NCBI GenBank assembly: GCA_002763335.1
Contig: PEYS01000132.1
Location: 1 to 25,709 of the forward strand
From: Candidatus Woesearchaeota archaeon CG08_land_8_20_14_0_20_47_9
Lineage (GTDB): Archaea > Nanobdellota > Nanobdellia > Woesearchaeales > CG1-02-47-18
DNA length: 25,709 nt
Direction of reading: 5' to 3'
Position 1 is the first letter of the stretch. The number at the start of each line of letters is the position of its first letter. The position numbers were made by a program, and so were the translations under genes. The notes below the pieces were generated by a model. The model saw only the letters and a list, made by a program, of their open reading frames with translations. It was not told where the DNA came from and did not search any database. This document shows, one piece after another, positions 15,175 through 23,410 of the stretch.

Positions 15175-15747
15175 ATGGAAAATAGGTTTGCCCATGAGGA
15201 GTATGCAATTGTGCTCGATTTTCTTAAGCACGGGTACCCATTTCATGAGAAGCCTGGTCATATAAGCACCCCAATTGTGCAGGCTATAGGTACAGATCAC
15301 TTCGTATTACTGGAGCTGGTGCCAAAAAAGGATGTTGAGCTGCAGCCCAGCACCAAGGTATACATTGGGGATGGCAAGCGTGATCATATTCACCACATAA
15401 ACGGGAGACTGCCGCCAGAGAGGCTTACCCAGACTGCAAAAACAGAACTCGAGTTTATTGTAGCTGACCTTGTCAAAAAGAACGAGAAGCGTTTTATCGA
15501 GTTCTTTAATAGGGCACAGCCATTAAGTACTAGAATGCACTCTATCGAGCTTATTCCTGGGATGGGCAAGAAGAGGACGTGGGAGATACTGGAGGAGCGC
15601 AAGGCCAGTCCGTTTGAGAGCTTCCAGGACATGCGAAGCAGGACAAAGCTTATACCTGATCCTGAAAAGGGGGTTGTGCAGAGGATACTTGAGGAGATAA
15701 CCACTCAGCAAAAGCACTACCTTTTCGTAGACGCATTCAGCCAGTAG
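15175..15747 (+). CDS. DUF655 putative nucleic-acid-binding protein
   Basis: EEYAIVLDFL, QAIG...FVLLEL, RMHSIELIPGMGKK HhH motif; GGTGA SD; conserved synteny. Confidence 0.92.
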   Translation: MENRFAHEEYAIVLDFLKHGYPFHEKPGHISTPIVQAIGTDHFVLLELVPKKDVELQPSTKVYIGDGKRDHIHHINGRLPPERLTQTAKTELEFIVADLVKKNEKRFIEFFNRAQPLSTRMHSIELIPGMGKKRTWEILEERKASPFESFQDMRSRTKLIPDPEKGVVQRILEEITTQQKHYLFVDAFSQ

Positions 15748-15762
15748 CCCAAGGTATGCATA

Positions 15763-16611
15763 ATGATTACTGCTGATTTCCTTTCAGGACTTGACCGTTT
15801 CAGCCTGATCGTAAAAAAGAGGGTCACATCAAACTACGCAGGTGGCCGCGCCTCAACGGCCCTTGGCAGAGGAGTGACGATAAAGGATCACCGCATATAC
15901 GCCCCTGGCGATGACTTCAAACTCATAGACTGGAAGATATACGCCAGGACAGATGACCTCTATGTAAGGCGCTACGAGGAAGAGCGTAACCTGATGGTGC
16001 ATATCATCATTGACTGCAGCGCAAGCATGGGTTTCGGCAAGCCCCTGAGCAAGTTTGACTACGCCTCTATGATAGGGGTCGGCTTTGCCTACCTGGCAAT
16101 GCAGGACAATGAGAAGTTCCAGTTCTCGACATTCTCTGAGGGCTTGGAACTATTCCAGTCAAAGAGAGGGCTGAAGCAGCTCGCAGCTATGATTGACTAT
16201 CTCAATGAGGTTAAGACAGGGGGGCATTCGCAGTTCATGAATGCAATTACAAAGTACAAGAAGCTCCTCAGCTCAAGGTCAATGATCATAATAATATCAG
16301 ACTTCCTCTTCCCTGTTGACGATATAAAGAACGGGCTCTGCCTGGTATCAAGGCATGACCTGCATGTAATTCATGTGCTTGATCCTGCAGAGTGGGATCT
16401 TAAGCTTGACGGGGATGTAAAACTGCACGACTCTGAATCAAAGCAGATAATGCGCACCTACATAAGCCCGCGCATAAGGCAGAGATACCAGGAGAGGCTG
16501 GAGGCGCATATCTCAACCATTGATGCCACCTGCACCCAGATCAGTGCAAGATTCAACGTGGTTAAGACAGACACACCGATCTTTGATGCCTTCTACGAGC
16601 TGCTGAACTAA
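15763..16611 (+). CDS. DUF58 vWA-like protein (MoxR-associated family)
   Basis: HRIYAPGDDFKLIDWKIYART, YEEE, IIDCSASM, IIISDF. Confidence 0.9.
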   Translation: MITADFLSGLDRFSLIVKKRVTSNYAGGRASTALGRGVTIKDHRIYAPGDDFKLIDWKIYARTDDLYVRRYEEERNLMVHIIIDCSASMGFGKPLSKFDYASMIGVGFAYLAMQDNEKFQFSTFSEGLELFQSKRGLKQLAAMIDYLNEVKTGGHSQFMNAITKYKKLLSSRSMIIIISDFLFPVDDIKNGLCLVSRHDLHVIHVLDPAEWDLKLDGDVKLHDSESKQIMRTYISPRIRQRYQERLEAHISTIDATCTQISARFNVVKTDTPIFDAFYELLN

Positions 16612-16652
16612 ACGAAAGATTTAAGATAAATCAACAACTACCAGCCCGTAGC

Positions 16653-17207
16653 ATGTACCTTATCCTGGACATAGAAACAGCGCCCCTTGAGAGCCTTAAT
16701 AGCGAAGGTAAGCCTGAAGATGCCCTGAGCCCAATAACCGGGCGCGTGATTGCAATTGGCATGCGCTGGAGGGATGAGGAGCGCATAATAATGGATCCTA
16801 ATGAAAAGAAAATGCTATCTGAATTCTGGTCAGAGCTGAGGGCGTTTTCAAATAGCTACCCAAACTTCCGCCTTGTGGGCTTTAATGTCATAGATTTTGA
16901 TATGTATTTCCTGATAAACCGTAGCCTGCACCACAATGTTAAAATCCTCCGCCTGGGTAGGAATTCCTTCCTAGATTTAAGGGAGCACGTAACCCTATTC
17001 AGGCCTTACAGAAAGGGCGGGAGCCTGATTGACTATGCAAGGCTTATTGGCGTGGAAGGCAAATATGAGGCAATAGAGGGCCGCCAAATACCCGGACTGT
17101 GGAAGGAGGGAAGGATTGAGGATATAAGGGCATACCTCAGCTCTGACCTCAGAATTACACAAGTGCTGCTGGAGCAGTGCATAGGAATTGGCCTTATAGA
17201 AACGTAA
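16653..17207 (+). CDS. Stand-alone DEDDy 3'-5' exonuclease (PolB-exo/YprB-like)
   Basis: ExoI LDIET, ExoII GFNVIDFD, ExoIII YLSSD. Own TATA at 16614-16628. Confidence 0.85.
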   Translation: MYLILDIETAPLESLNSEGKPEDALSPITGRVIAIGMRWRDEERIIMDPNEKKMLSEFWSELRAFSNSYPNFRLVGFNVIDFDMYFLINRSLHHNVKILRLGRNSFLDLREHVTLFRPYRKGGSLIDYARLIGVEGKYEAIEGRQIPGLWKEGRIEDIRAYLSSDLRITQVLLEQCIGIGLIET

Positions 17208-17241
17208 CTTTCCACTGGTCTGCGACCAGTGGAAAGTTACG
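17203..17241. repeat. Perfect hairpin, family F copy 1
   Basis: 18-bp arms CGTAACTTTCCACTGGTC/GACCAGTGGAAAGTTACG, loop TGC. Contains the exonuclease TAA. Confidence 0.92.
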
Positions 17242-17255
17242 CCTCGTCCGATGCA

Positions 17256-17302
17256 GAAAACTTTGAATAACCTCCCCTAGGGGGAGGTTATTCAAAGTTT
17301 TC
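17256..17302. repeat. Perfect 22-bp hairpin with family-A-type arms, overlapping the gatE 3' end
   Basis: GAAAACTTTGAATAACCTCCCC-TAG-GGGGAGGTTATTCAAAGTTTTC. The right arm includes gatE codons ENFE-stop. Confidence 0.92.
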
Positions 17303-19126
17303 TTTTACAATCAATGCTATTCTCTTTCCATCTGCCCTGCCGCGCAGCCTTGACATGACCTTGCCTATTAATGCCTTTGGTGGCGCATCCTTGTTCTGGC
17401 TTATTACATCCTTCACAGCCTCTCTAAGCTCCTCATCACTCAACACCCTATAATCCTCTGGTCTTGGCTTTTTACCTGATGCGACCTCACAGAGCATCTC
17501 AAATACTGCATCCTTGCCTATGATCCCGCTGTCAAGATAGCCCAGTATTTTGTCTACTGCCTCATCTGTTATCAGGGAGCTGTCCAGCTTAAGCCTCGTC
17601 TTTATCTCCTTCGGCGCAAGCACTAGGGTGCTGGCGATAAAGCCAGGGTCAACATTCCTATACTCCGCACATAGGTCATCAAAGAGCTCTGCTTTGTTTG
17701 ACCTTGAAAGCTGCTCTGCTAAGTCTCTGCTTATGCCTACCGAGGCCAGCCTGTCTGCTGTTTCTGATATCAGCTCAGGGAGTTTTATGGAGCTGATCAA
17801 GTCAGCTGTTATTGGTATCGGGGGTATATCTGTCTCAGGGTACATCCTTGCTGCTCCCGGCATAGGCCTAAGGAAGGATGTTGAGCTATCAGGATAAGCC
17901 CTCCTAACCTCTTCTGGAACACCGAGGAATGCTGCCTTAACACGCCCTATAACTGCCCTGAGTGCCCTCTCAGCCTTATGCCGCGCATCCAGAACAATTA
18001 CAAAGCCGTCCCTCTCATTACAGCTGAGGAGCTTTATTATTTTATTTATGTGTTCGTCGGTTATCCCATACCCTGGGAGCTCATCCGAGTGTATAATGCC
18101 ACCAACATTCGCACTAACCCGTGCATAGTCAGCCAGTTCGCTTCCGAACCTCCTGTTTGGTTGGGCTTCGCTACCTAAAATGCCCTTAAAGCCCTCTAAC
18201 TTGACTGCAAGCGCGACGCCTCTGTCAGAGATTGCCTTACTCACAAGCCTTGAGTTTGAGGTCTTGAGTATCGCGGTTATATCCTTTATGTCATAGGCCT
18301 TTGGTTTTATGTTGCCTGATTCGAGCATCTTTTTTATGTTGATAAGTCTCAGTTGACGAATACACTCTGTTTCAATCAGCTTTTGCAGTATGTGTAGATC
18401 TTGAGCTCCCTTTATCTCAACCCTAGAGCCGCCTCGGATTGAGATGTTGATGTCCTGCCTTATAGTGCCTATTCCGCGCTTTACTGTCCTTGTGCTTCTC
18501 AGCATCATGCCCAGTCTCTTCGCAACCTCCAGTGCTTGTTCAGGACTCTTTATGTCAGGCTCTGTGCCAATCTCAATCAGCGGTACGCCTAGTCGCGAAA
18601 GATCGTAGGTATCGCATTCTCCTTTTCTCTCCACTATCCTCGCAGCATCCTCCTCGATGCATAATACAGAGATGCCTACATTGCCTTGCGGCGTTCCAAT
18701 CCTGCCCCCTGTTGCAACAAGGGCGGTCCTCTGGAATCCGGATGTGTTGCTTCCATCAACAACAGTCTTTCGCATGACCTGCACAAGCTCAACAGGGTAT
18801 GATTTCAGCATAAGTGCGAGTAGCACAGCTGTCTTGAGCGCATCCATGCTAAGCTGATTGGGAGGCTCCTCGTCAAGCTCAACGAGACAACTGCTTTCAG
18901 GTGAGGAGTTGTATACATAGTATTTGCCTTTCTTTGTTTCGTGCTCTGCAGCTGCATCCACCAGGCCTTCTTCTCCAGCAGATGCCCGCATCTGCCTAAC
19001 TGTTCTGTGAGCTGGGTCCTTAGCATCATTGTCAGGAGAGCAGTTGCAGAATAATTTTCTTCCAGAAAGCTGTTGATGAACCTCTATACCTACCCTAAGG
19101 CCGAGATTTGCATAATCAATGTCCAT
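17288..19126 (-). CDS. gatE: Glutamyl-tRNA(Gln) amidotransferase subunit E
   Basis: GLRVGIEVHQQL, ELDEEPP, RKTVVDGSNTSGFQRT, EEDAAR, RLGVPLIEI, MRPMPGAARMYPETD-type motif, AspRS-like insert. Confidence 0.96.
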   Translation of the reverse strand: MDIDYANLGLRVGIEVHQQLSGRKLFCNCSPDNDAKDPAHRTVRQMRASAGEEGLVDAAAEHETKKGKYYVYNSSPESSCLVELDEEPPNQLSMDALKTAVLLALMLKSYPVELVQVMRKTVVDGSNTSGFQRTALVATGGRIGTPQGNVGISVLCIEEDAARIVERKGECDTYDLSRLGVPLIEIGTEPDIKSPEQALEVAKRLGMMLRSTRTVKRGIGTIRQDINISIRGGSRVEIKGAQDLHILQKLIETECIRQLRLINIKKMLESGNIKPKAYDIKDITAILKTSNSRLVSKAISDRGVALAVKLEGFKGILGSEAQPNRRFGSELADYARVSANVGGIIHSDELPGYGITDEHINKIIKLLSCNERDGFVIVLDARHKAERALRAVIGRVKAAFLGVPEEVRRAYPDSSTSFLRPMPGAARMYPETDIPPIPITADLISSIKLPELISETADRLASVGISRDLAEQLSRSNKAELFDDLCAEYRNVDPGFIASTLVLAPKEIKTRLKLDSSLITDEAVDKILGYLDSGIIGKDAVFEMLCEVASGKKPRPEDYRVLSDEELREAVKDVISQNKDAPPKALIGKVMSRLRGRADGKRIALIVKENFE

Positions 19127-19248
19127 AAGCGCAGAAAGATTCTCTTTTTATATAAATCTATCTCTTGAGAGAATTTATCTCGTAACAGCTCTTGGCAAAA
19201 AAGATAAAAGGAGGAGATGAGAACAATATAAACGAAAAGGAAAAGCGT

Positions 19249-19323
19249 TTATCTCCTCTTCTTTTTTCTGCTGGCCTTCTTTGCTGTCTTCTTCTTTGTT
19301 GCCTTCTTTCTTTTAGCAGCCAT
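19249..19323 (-). CDS. 24-aa highly basic peptide MAAKRKKATKKKTAKKASRKKKRR (not in the ORF track)
   Basis: AAGGAGGTG SD 7 nt before ATG, AAAAGCTTATTAA BRE/TATA at 19364-19376 (-), TAA stop followed by T-rich tracts. Confidence 0.8.
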   Translation of the reverse strand: MAAKRKKATKKKTAKKASRKKKRR

Positions 19324-19395
19324 ATGAATACACCTCCTTTATAGATTTTTATATACCTACTTATTAATAAGCTTTTCGTTTTTTCCGACGGAAAT

Positions 19396-19443
19396 CGAGG
19401 GCTTTGACTAACCTCGCTTCGCTTTGGTTAGTCAAAGCCCTCG
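19396..19443. repeat. Palindromic hairpin element, family E copy 2
   Basis: Perfect 18-bp arms CGAGGGCTTTGACTAACC/GGTTAGTCAAAGCCCTCG, loop TCGCTTCGCTTT. Confidence 0.9.
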
Positions 19444-19513
19444 GATGACATTGTGACATGATCAAAAAAAATAAGCACGCTCTCGTCGATATAAAAAGCT
19501 TCAGTCAAACGAG

Positions 19514-19554
19514 GCGTAACTTTACACTGGTCGCAGACCAGTGTAAAGTTACGC
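19514..19554. repeat. Perfect hairpin, family F copy 2
   Basis: 19-bp arms GCGTAACTTTACACTGGTC/GACCAGTGTAAAGTTACGC, loop GCA. Inverted homologue of 17203-17247. Confidence 0.92.
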
Positions 19555-19634
19555 TCTAATATCCAATGACTAAAGGCCAGCAGCGAATCAACAAAAGCTT
19601 TATATTCAACTCGTATTAACCTGAACATCTGTTT

Positions 19635-19709
19635 GGGCCTATAGCTCAGCCTGGTTAGAGCGATCGGCTCTTAACCGATAGGTCGAGGGTCCGAATCCCT
19701 CTAGGCCCG
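19635..19709 (+). tRNA. tRNA-Lys(CTT), no intron, CCA not encoded
   Basis: Acceptor GGGCCTA/TAGGCCC; anticodon arm ATCGG-CTCTTAA-CCGAT; T arm GAGGG-TCCGAAT-CCCTC; TATA AAAAGCTTTATA at 19593-19604. Confidence 0.95.
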
Positions 19710-19797
19710 TGAACAGCTATGAGGTGCCATGGGTGAGAAATGAGGGCTTAGACTTCTCACCTATGGCCTATCATCTCCTGTGACTGGCATCTGACAT

Positions 19798-19869
19798 GGG
19801 CCGGTGGTCTAGTGGTATGACGCCGCTCTCACGCGGCGGATGTCGCGAGTTCGAATCTTGCCCGGCCCA
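19798..19869 (+). tRNA. tRNA-Val(CAC), no intron, CCA not encoded
   Basis: Acceptor GGGCCGG/CCGGCCC; anticodon arm CCGCT-CTCACGC-GGCGG; T arm GCGAG-TTCGAAT-CTTGC; discriminator A. Confidence 0.93.
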
Positions 19870-19923
19870 TCGGTATAGAGGGCTTTGAACTCACTGCCCC
19901 CTCGCTTTGACGGCGTGTTTAAA

Positions 19924-20092
19924 CTTAAAAGTTCTCGCCCTGAAGAGCGAGTTACCCACGAACTTTTAAGCATGATGGAATGCAAAAAGAGCGTTAATCA
20001 AGCATGCCTCCCAAAAGTAGCAGTTCCGACATAAGAAAACCTTGAATGCTGAGGCGAGCCGTAAGGCGAAGCCGAATGCATTCAAGGTTTTC
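19924..20092. repeat. Composite repeat block: nested hairpin plus conserved 5' module plus family A copy 3
   Basis: CTTAAAAGTTC/GAACTTTTAAG arms (19924-19970) enclose CTCGCCCTGAAGAGCGAG. AAAGTAGCAGTTCCGACATAAG module. 15-bp arms GAAAACCTTGAATGC/GCATTCAAGGTTTTC at 20035-20092. Modules recur at 25416-25657. Confidence 0.85.
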
Positions 20093-20151
20093 GTAGGATA
20101 AAGTAGGATAATGGTAAGATATTTATACCCTGCCTTTTCCCACAGCAGGGC

Positions 20152-21435
20152 ATGGAGATATGTGTCGTTGGTACAGGCTACGTAGGCCTAAGCTGCGGGG
20201 TATGCTTTGCAAAACTAGGCAACAGAGTGACGTGTGTTGATATAGACGAGAATAAAATCGAGATGCTCAAACAGGGCGAGGTGCCAATATACGAGCCAGA
20301 GGTAAAGGAACTACTCGATATGCACTCAGGCAAAAACCTCTTCTTCACAACAGGTCTTGTAGAACCTGTTAAAAAATCAAATGTTGTATTCATTGCAGTT
20401 GGTACGCCGTCCTCAGAAGACGGTAGTGTAAACCTTGAGTATGTCAAGGCTGCTGCAGCGGACATTGGCAAGGCCATAGATGGCTATAAGGTCATTGTAA
20501 ATAAGAGCACAGTCCCTGTAGGCACAGGGGAGATTGTAGAATCAATAATCTCAAAGCATTACAAGGGCGAGTTTGACATTGTCTCAAACCCTGAGTTCCT
20601 GAGAGAGGGAACAGCTGTCTCAGACTTCCTGAAGCCAGATAGGATTGTGATTGGATGCAGCAGTAAAAGGGCTATGAATATAATGAAGAGGCTCTACTCA
20701 ACTATCAAGGCTCCAATTCTCTTCACAGACATAAAGAGTGCAGAGCTGATAAAGTATGCCAGCAACGCATTCTTGGCAACAAAGATATCCTTTATCAATG
20801 AGATTGCAAACCTGTGCGACATTGTAGGAGGGAACATCAACTCTGTTGCAGATGGCATGGGGCTTGACAAGAGAATCGGCAGAGAATTTCTCAATGCAGG
20901 TATTGGCTTTGGAGGTAGCTGCTTCCCAAAGGATGTCAAGGCACTTATCAGCATAGCAAGGGAGAATGGCTTTGATTTCAGGATCCTCAGGGCAGTAGAG
21001 AGCGTGAACAGCGAGCAGCACCTAAGGGCAGTTGAAAAGCTTCAGGATTTAGTAGGCCCTGTTAATGGTAAGAAAATAGCCCTCCTAGGCCTCGCATTCA
21101 AGCCAAACACAGATGACACCCGCGAGGCTCCATCAATAAGAATCATAGAGCAGCTGATAAGTATGGGCGCAGTGGTAAGTGTCTATGACCCCAAGGCTAT
21201 GGGGGCTGTACAGGCAATATTCGAGAACAAGCTTCAGTTCGCTGAGAACGCATACAAATGCGCATCAGGCTCTGACGCACTTATGCTCATAACTGAGTGG
21301 GAGGAATTCAAGAAGCTGGACCTCCGCAAAATAAGGAATGTTATTAATAAGCCAAACATAATTGACGGGAGAAACATCTACTCCAGGGAGAGGCTTGAAA
21401 TGATGGGATTCAACTATCGAGGTGTTGGAAGATGA
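20152..21435 (+). CDS. ugd: UDP-glucose/GDP-mannose 6-dehydrogenase family, probably UDP-glucose 6-dehydrogenase
   Basis: GTGYVG, IAVGTP, NKSTVP, NPEFLREG, GFGGSCFPKD (catalytic Cys), AFKPNTDDTRE. Confidence 0.93.
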   Translation: MEICVVGTGYVGLSCGVCFAKLGNRVTCVDIDENKIEMLKQGEVPIYEPEVKELLDMHSGKNLFFTTGLVEPVKKSNVVFIAVGTPSSEDGSVNLEYVKAAAADIGKAIDGYKVIVNKSTVPVGTGEIVESIISKHYKGEFDIVSNPEFLREGTAVSDFLKPDRIVIGCSSKRAMNIMKRLYSTIKAPILFTDIKSAELIKYASNAFLATKISFINEIANLCDIVGGNINSVADGMGLDKRIGREFLNAGIGFGGSCFPKDVKALISIARENGFDFRILRAVESVNSEQHLRAVEKLQDLVGPVNGKKIALLGLAFKPNTDDTREAPSIRIIEQLISMGAVVSVYDPKAMGAVQAIFENKLQFAENAYKCASGSDALMLITEWEEFKKLDLRKIRNVINKPNIIDGRNIYSRERLEMMGFNYRGVGR

Positions 21436-22412
21436 AAATGATTATTCCCTTGGCAGGAAAGGGCACAAGGCTTAGGCCGCATACACACTCAAAGCCGAAG
21501 CCCCTGCTGAAGGTGGCAGGCAAGTCTGTGCTGGGGCATATACTCGACAGCGTTGTCAGCCTTAAACCAGAGGAGATTATATTCATTACAGGGGATAAGG
21601 AGGAGCAGATAAAGGAGTTTATATCAACAAACTATCACATAAAAACAAGATTCATAAGACAGCAGGAGCTACTGGGAGATGGGCATGCGATCAGCCTTGC
21701 AGCAGACTACGTGAAGGAGGATCTCTTAATAATCTTCGTAGATACAATATTCAAGGCAGACCTATCAATCATAGGGGATCTTAAATGCGATGGCGTAGTA
21801 TGGGTTCGCGAGGTCGAGGATCCCAGGAGATTTGGGGTCGTGGTGCTTAACAAGGAGGGCTACATCAGCGAGATCATTGAGAAGCCAGAGGTGCCCCCCT
21901 CAAAACTGGTCAACATAGGATTATACTATGTAAAGGATGCAAGGGTGCTGTTTGAATGCCTTGCAAACAACATAAAGAACAACATAACATCAAAGGGCGA
22001 GCTCAGACTGGTTGATGCCCTGACAGCAATGATCAAGAAGGGAAAGAAGCTGGTTGCGCCAGAGGCTGAGGAGTGGCTTGACTGCGGCAAGCCAGAAACA
22101 CTCCTGAGTACAAACCGCTACCTCCTGGAGCATGGCTTTCACAGGGTCGTGCAAACACTTAACACTGTGATCATACCGCCGGTGCACATCGGCGATAATG
22201 TCAAGATTGAAAACTCGATAATCGGGCCTTACGTCTCAATAGCACCAAACTGCAGGATACACAACTCGATTATAAGCGACTCGATCATAGACCAGAACTC
22301 AGTAGTGGAGAACGCTGCGCTCCACAAATCGCTTGTAGGTGACAGCGCACTCATAAAGGACACATTCAGAAGGCTGAATGTTGGCGATAACTCGGAGATT
22401 GACTTTGACTAA
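21432..22412 (+). CDS. Sugar-1-phosphate nucleotidylyltransferase (RmlA long-form-like, with C-terminal left-handed beta helix)
   Basis: LAGKGTRLRPHT...KPLL, RRFGVV, IEKP, WLDCG, hexapeptide repeats. ATGA overlap. Confidence 0.9.
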   Translation: MKMIIPLAGKGTRLRPHTHSKPKPLLKVAGKSVLGHILDSVVSLKPEEIIFITGDKEEQIKEFISTNYHIKTRFIRQQELLGDGHAISLAADYVKEDLLIIFVDTIFKADLSIIGDLKCDGVVWVREVEDPRRFGVVVLNKEGYISEIIEKPEVPPSKLVNIGLYYVKDARVLFECLANNIKNNITSKGELRLVDALTAMIKKGKKLVAPEAEEWLDCGKPETLLSTNRYLLEHGFHRVVQTLNTVIIPPVHIGDNVKIENSIIGPYVSIAPNCRIHNSIISDSIIDQNSVVENAALHKSLVGDSALIKDTFRRLNVGDNSEIDFD

Positions 22413-22435
22413 CAGCAAAAAGGGGGGCAAAAGGC

Positions 22436-23410
22436 TTGAACATACTCATAATAGGCGGGGCAGGATTCATAGGATGCCACCTGTGTGAAGGGCTGCTCAG
22501 AGAGCATGCAGTTGTATGCCTGGACAACCTCTCAACAGGGAGCAGGGAGAACATAAAGCAGCTCCTGAGCAACAGCAGATTCTACTTCATCAGGGAGGAC
22601 ATCACATCAGACCTCAGGGCAATCAAGGCGAGGCTCTCCAATGCAGAGATTCAAAGGGGATTTGACTGGGTACTTAACCTTGCAAGCCCTGCAAGCCCTG
22701 CTGCATACGCCAAGATGCCTGTTGAGACAATGCTTACAGGGTCAGCAGGCACGTACAATGCCCTGGAGCTTGCACGCGCATACAATGCAGGATTCCTCTT
22801 CACCAGCACAAGTGAGGTCTATGGGGACCCGGAGATAAACCCGCAGCACGAGGGCTATTTTGGAAATGTCAATCCGATAGGTGCCAGGAGCGTCTATGAC
22901 GAGGCAAAGCGCTTCTCAGAGGCTCTCATAATGGCGTATCACCGCAAATTCAGGCTGAAGACCCGCATCGTCAGGCTATTCAACACCTTTGGCTCTAGAA
23001 TGGCATCTGATGACGGCAGGGTTGTGCCCACATTCATAACGCAGGCCCTTGCCAATAAGCCCATCACAGTCTTCGGATCAGGCAAGCAGACAAGGAGCCT
23101 CTGCTACGTATCTGACACAGTCGAGGGAATCTGCGCAGCGATAACAGCAGAGGACAAAGATGAGATCAACTACCCAATAAACGTCGGCAGCGAGGAAGAG
23201 CTAAGCATAGTGGAGCTTGCAAAGAAGATAATAAAGCTGAGCAGCTCATCCAGCAGAATCGAGTTTAAAGACCTCCCTGAGGATGACCCTAAGGTGAGAA
23301 GGCCGGACATAACCAGGGCGAGGAAGCTCCTGGGCTGGGAGCCGAAGGTGAATGTTGACGAGGGGCTGGTAAAGACCATTGAGTGGTTCAGGTCCAAATG
23401 TTCGCAGTAA
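22436..23410 (+). CDS. uxs: UDP-glucuronate decarboxylase (UDP-xylose synthase-like SDR)
   Basis: GGAGFIG, NLASPASP, STSEVYGDP, YDEAKR, RLFNTFG, DDGRVV, QTRSLCYVSD, DDPKVRRPDI. Confidence 0.85.
   Translation: MNILIIGGAGFIGCHLCEGLLREHAVVCLDNLSTGSRENIKQLLSNSRFYFIREDITSDLRAIKARLSNAEIQRGFDWVLNLASPASPAAYAKMPVETMLTGSAGTYNALELARAYNAGFLFTSTSEVYGDPEINPQHEGYFGNVNPIGARSVYDEAKRFSEALIMAYHRKFRLKTRIVRLFNTFGSRMASDDGRVVPTFITQALANKPITVFGSGKQTRSLCYVSDTVEGICAAITAEDKDEINYPINVGSEEELSIVELAKKIIKLSSSSSRIEFKDLPEDDPKVRRPDITRARKLLGWEPKVNVDEGLVKTIEWFRSKCSQ

Noticed and set aside
19249-19323. Basic peptide as ribosomal protein eL41
   Set aside because: It lacks the MRAKW/KW..KR-type pattern; composition is K/A/T-rich rather than R/W/M-rich.
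19428-19628. 66-aa minus-strand ORF upstream of tRNA-Lys
   Set aside because: It runs through hairpins F2 and E2 and the tRNA promoter, with no SD or motif.
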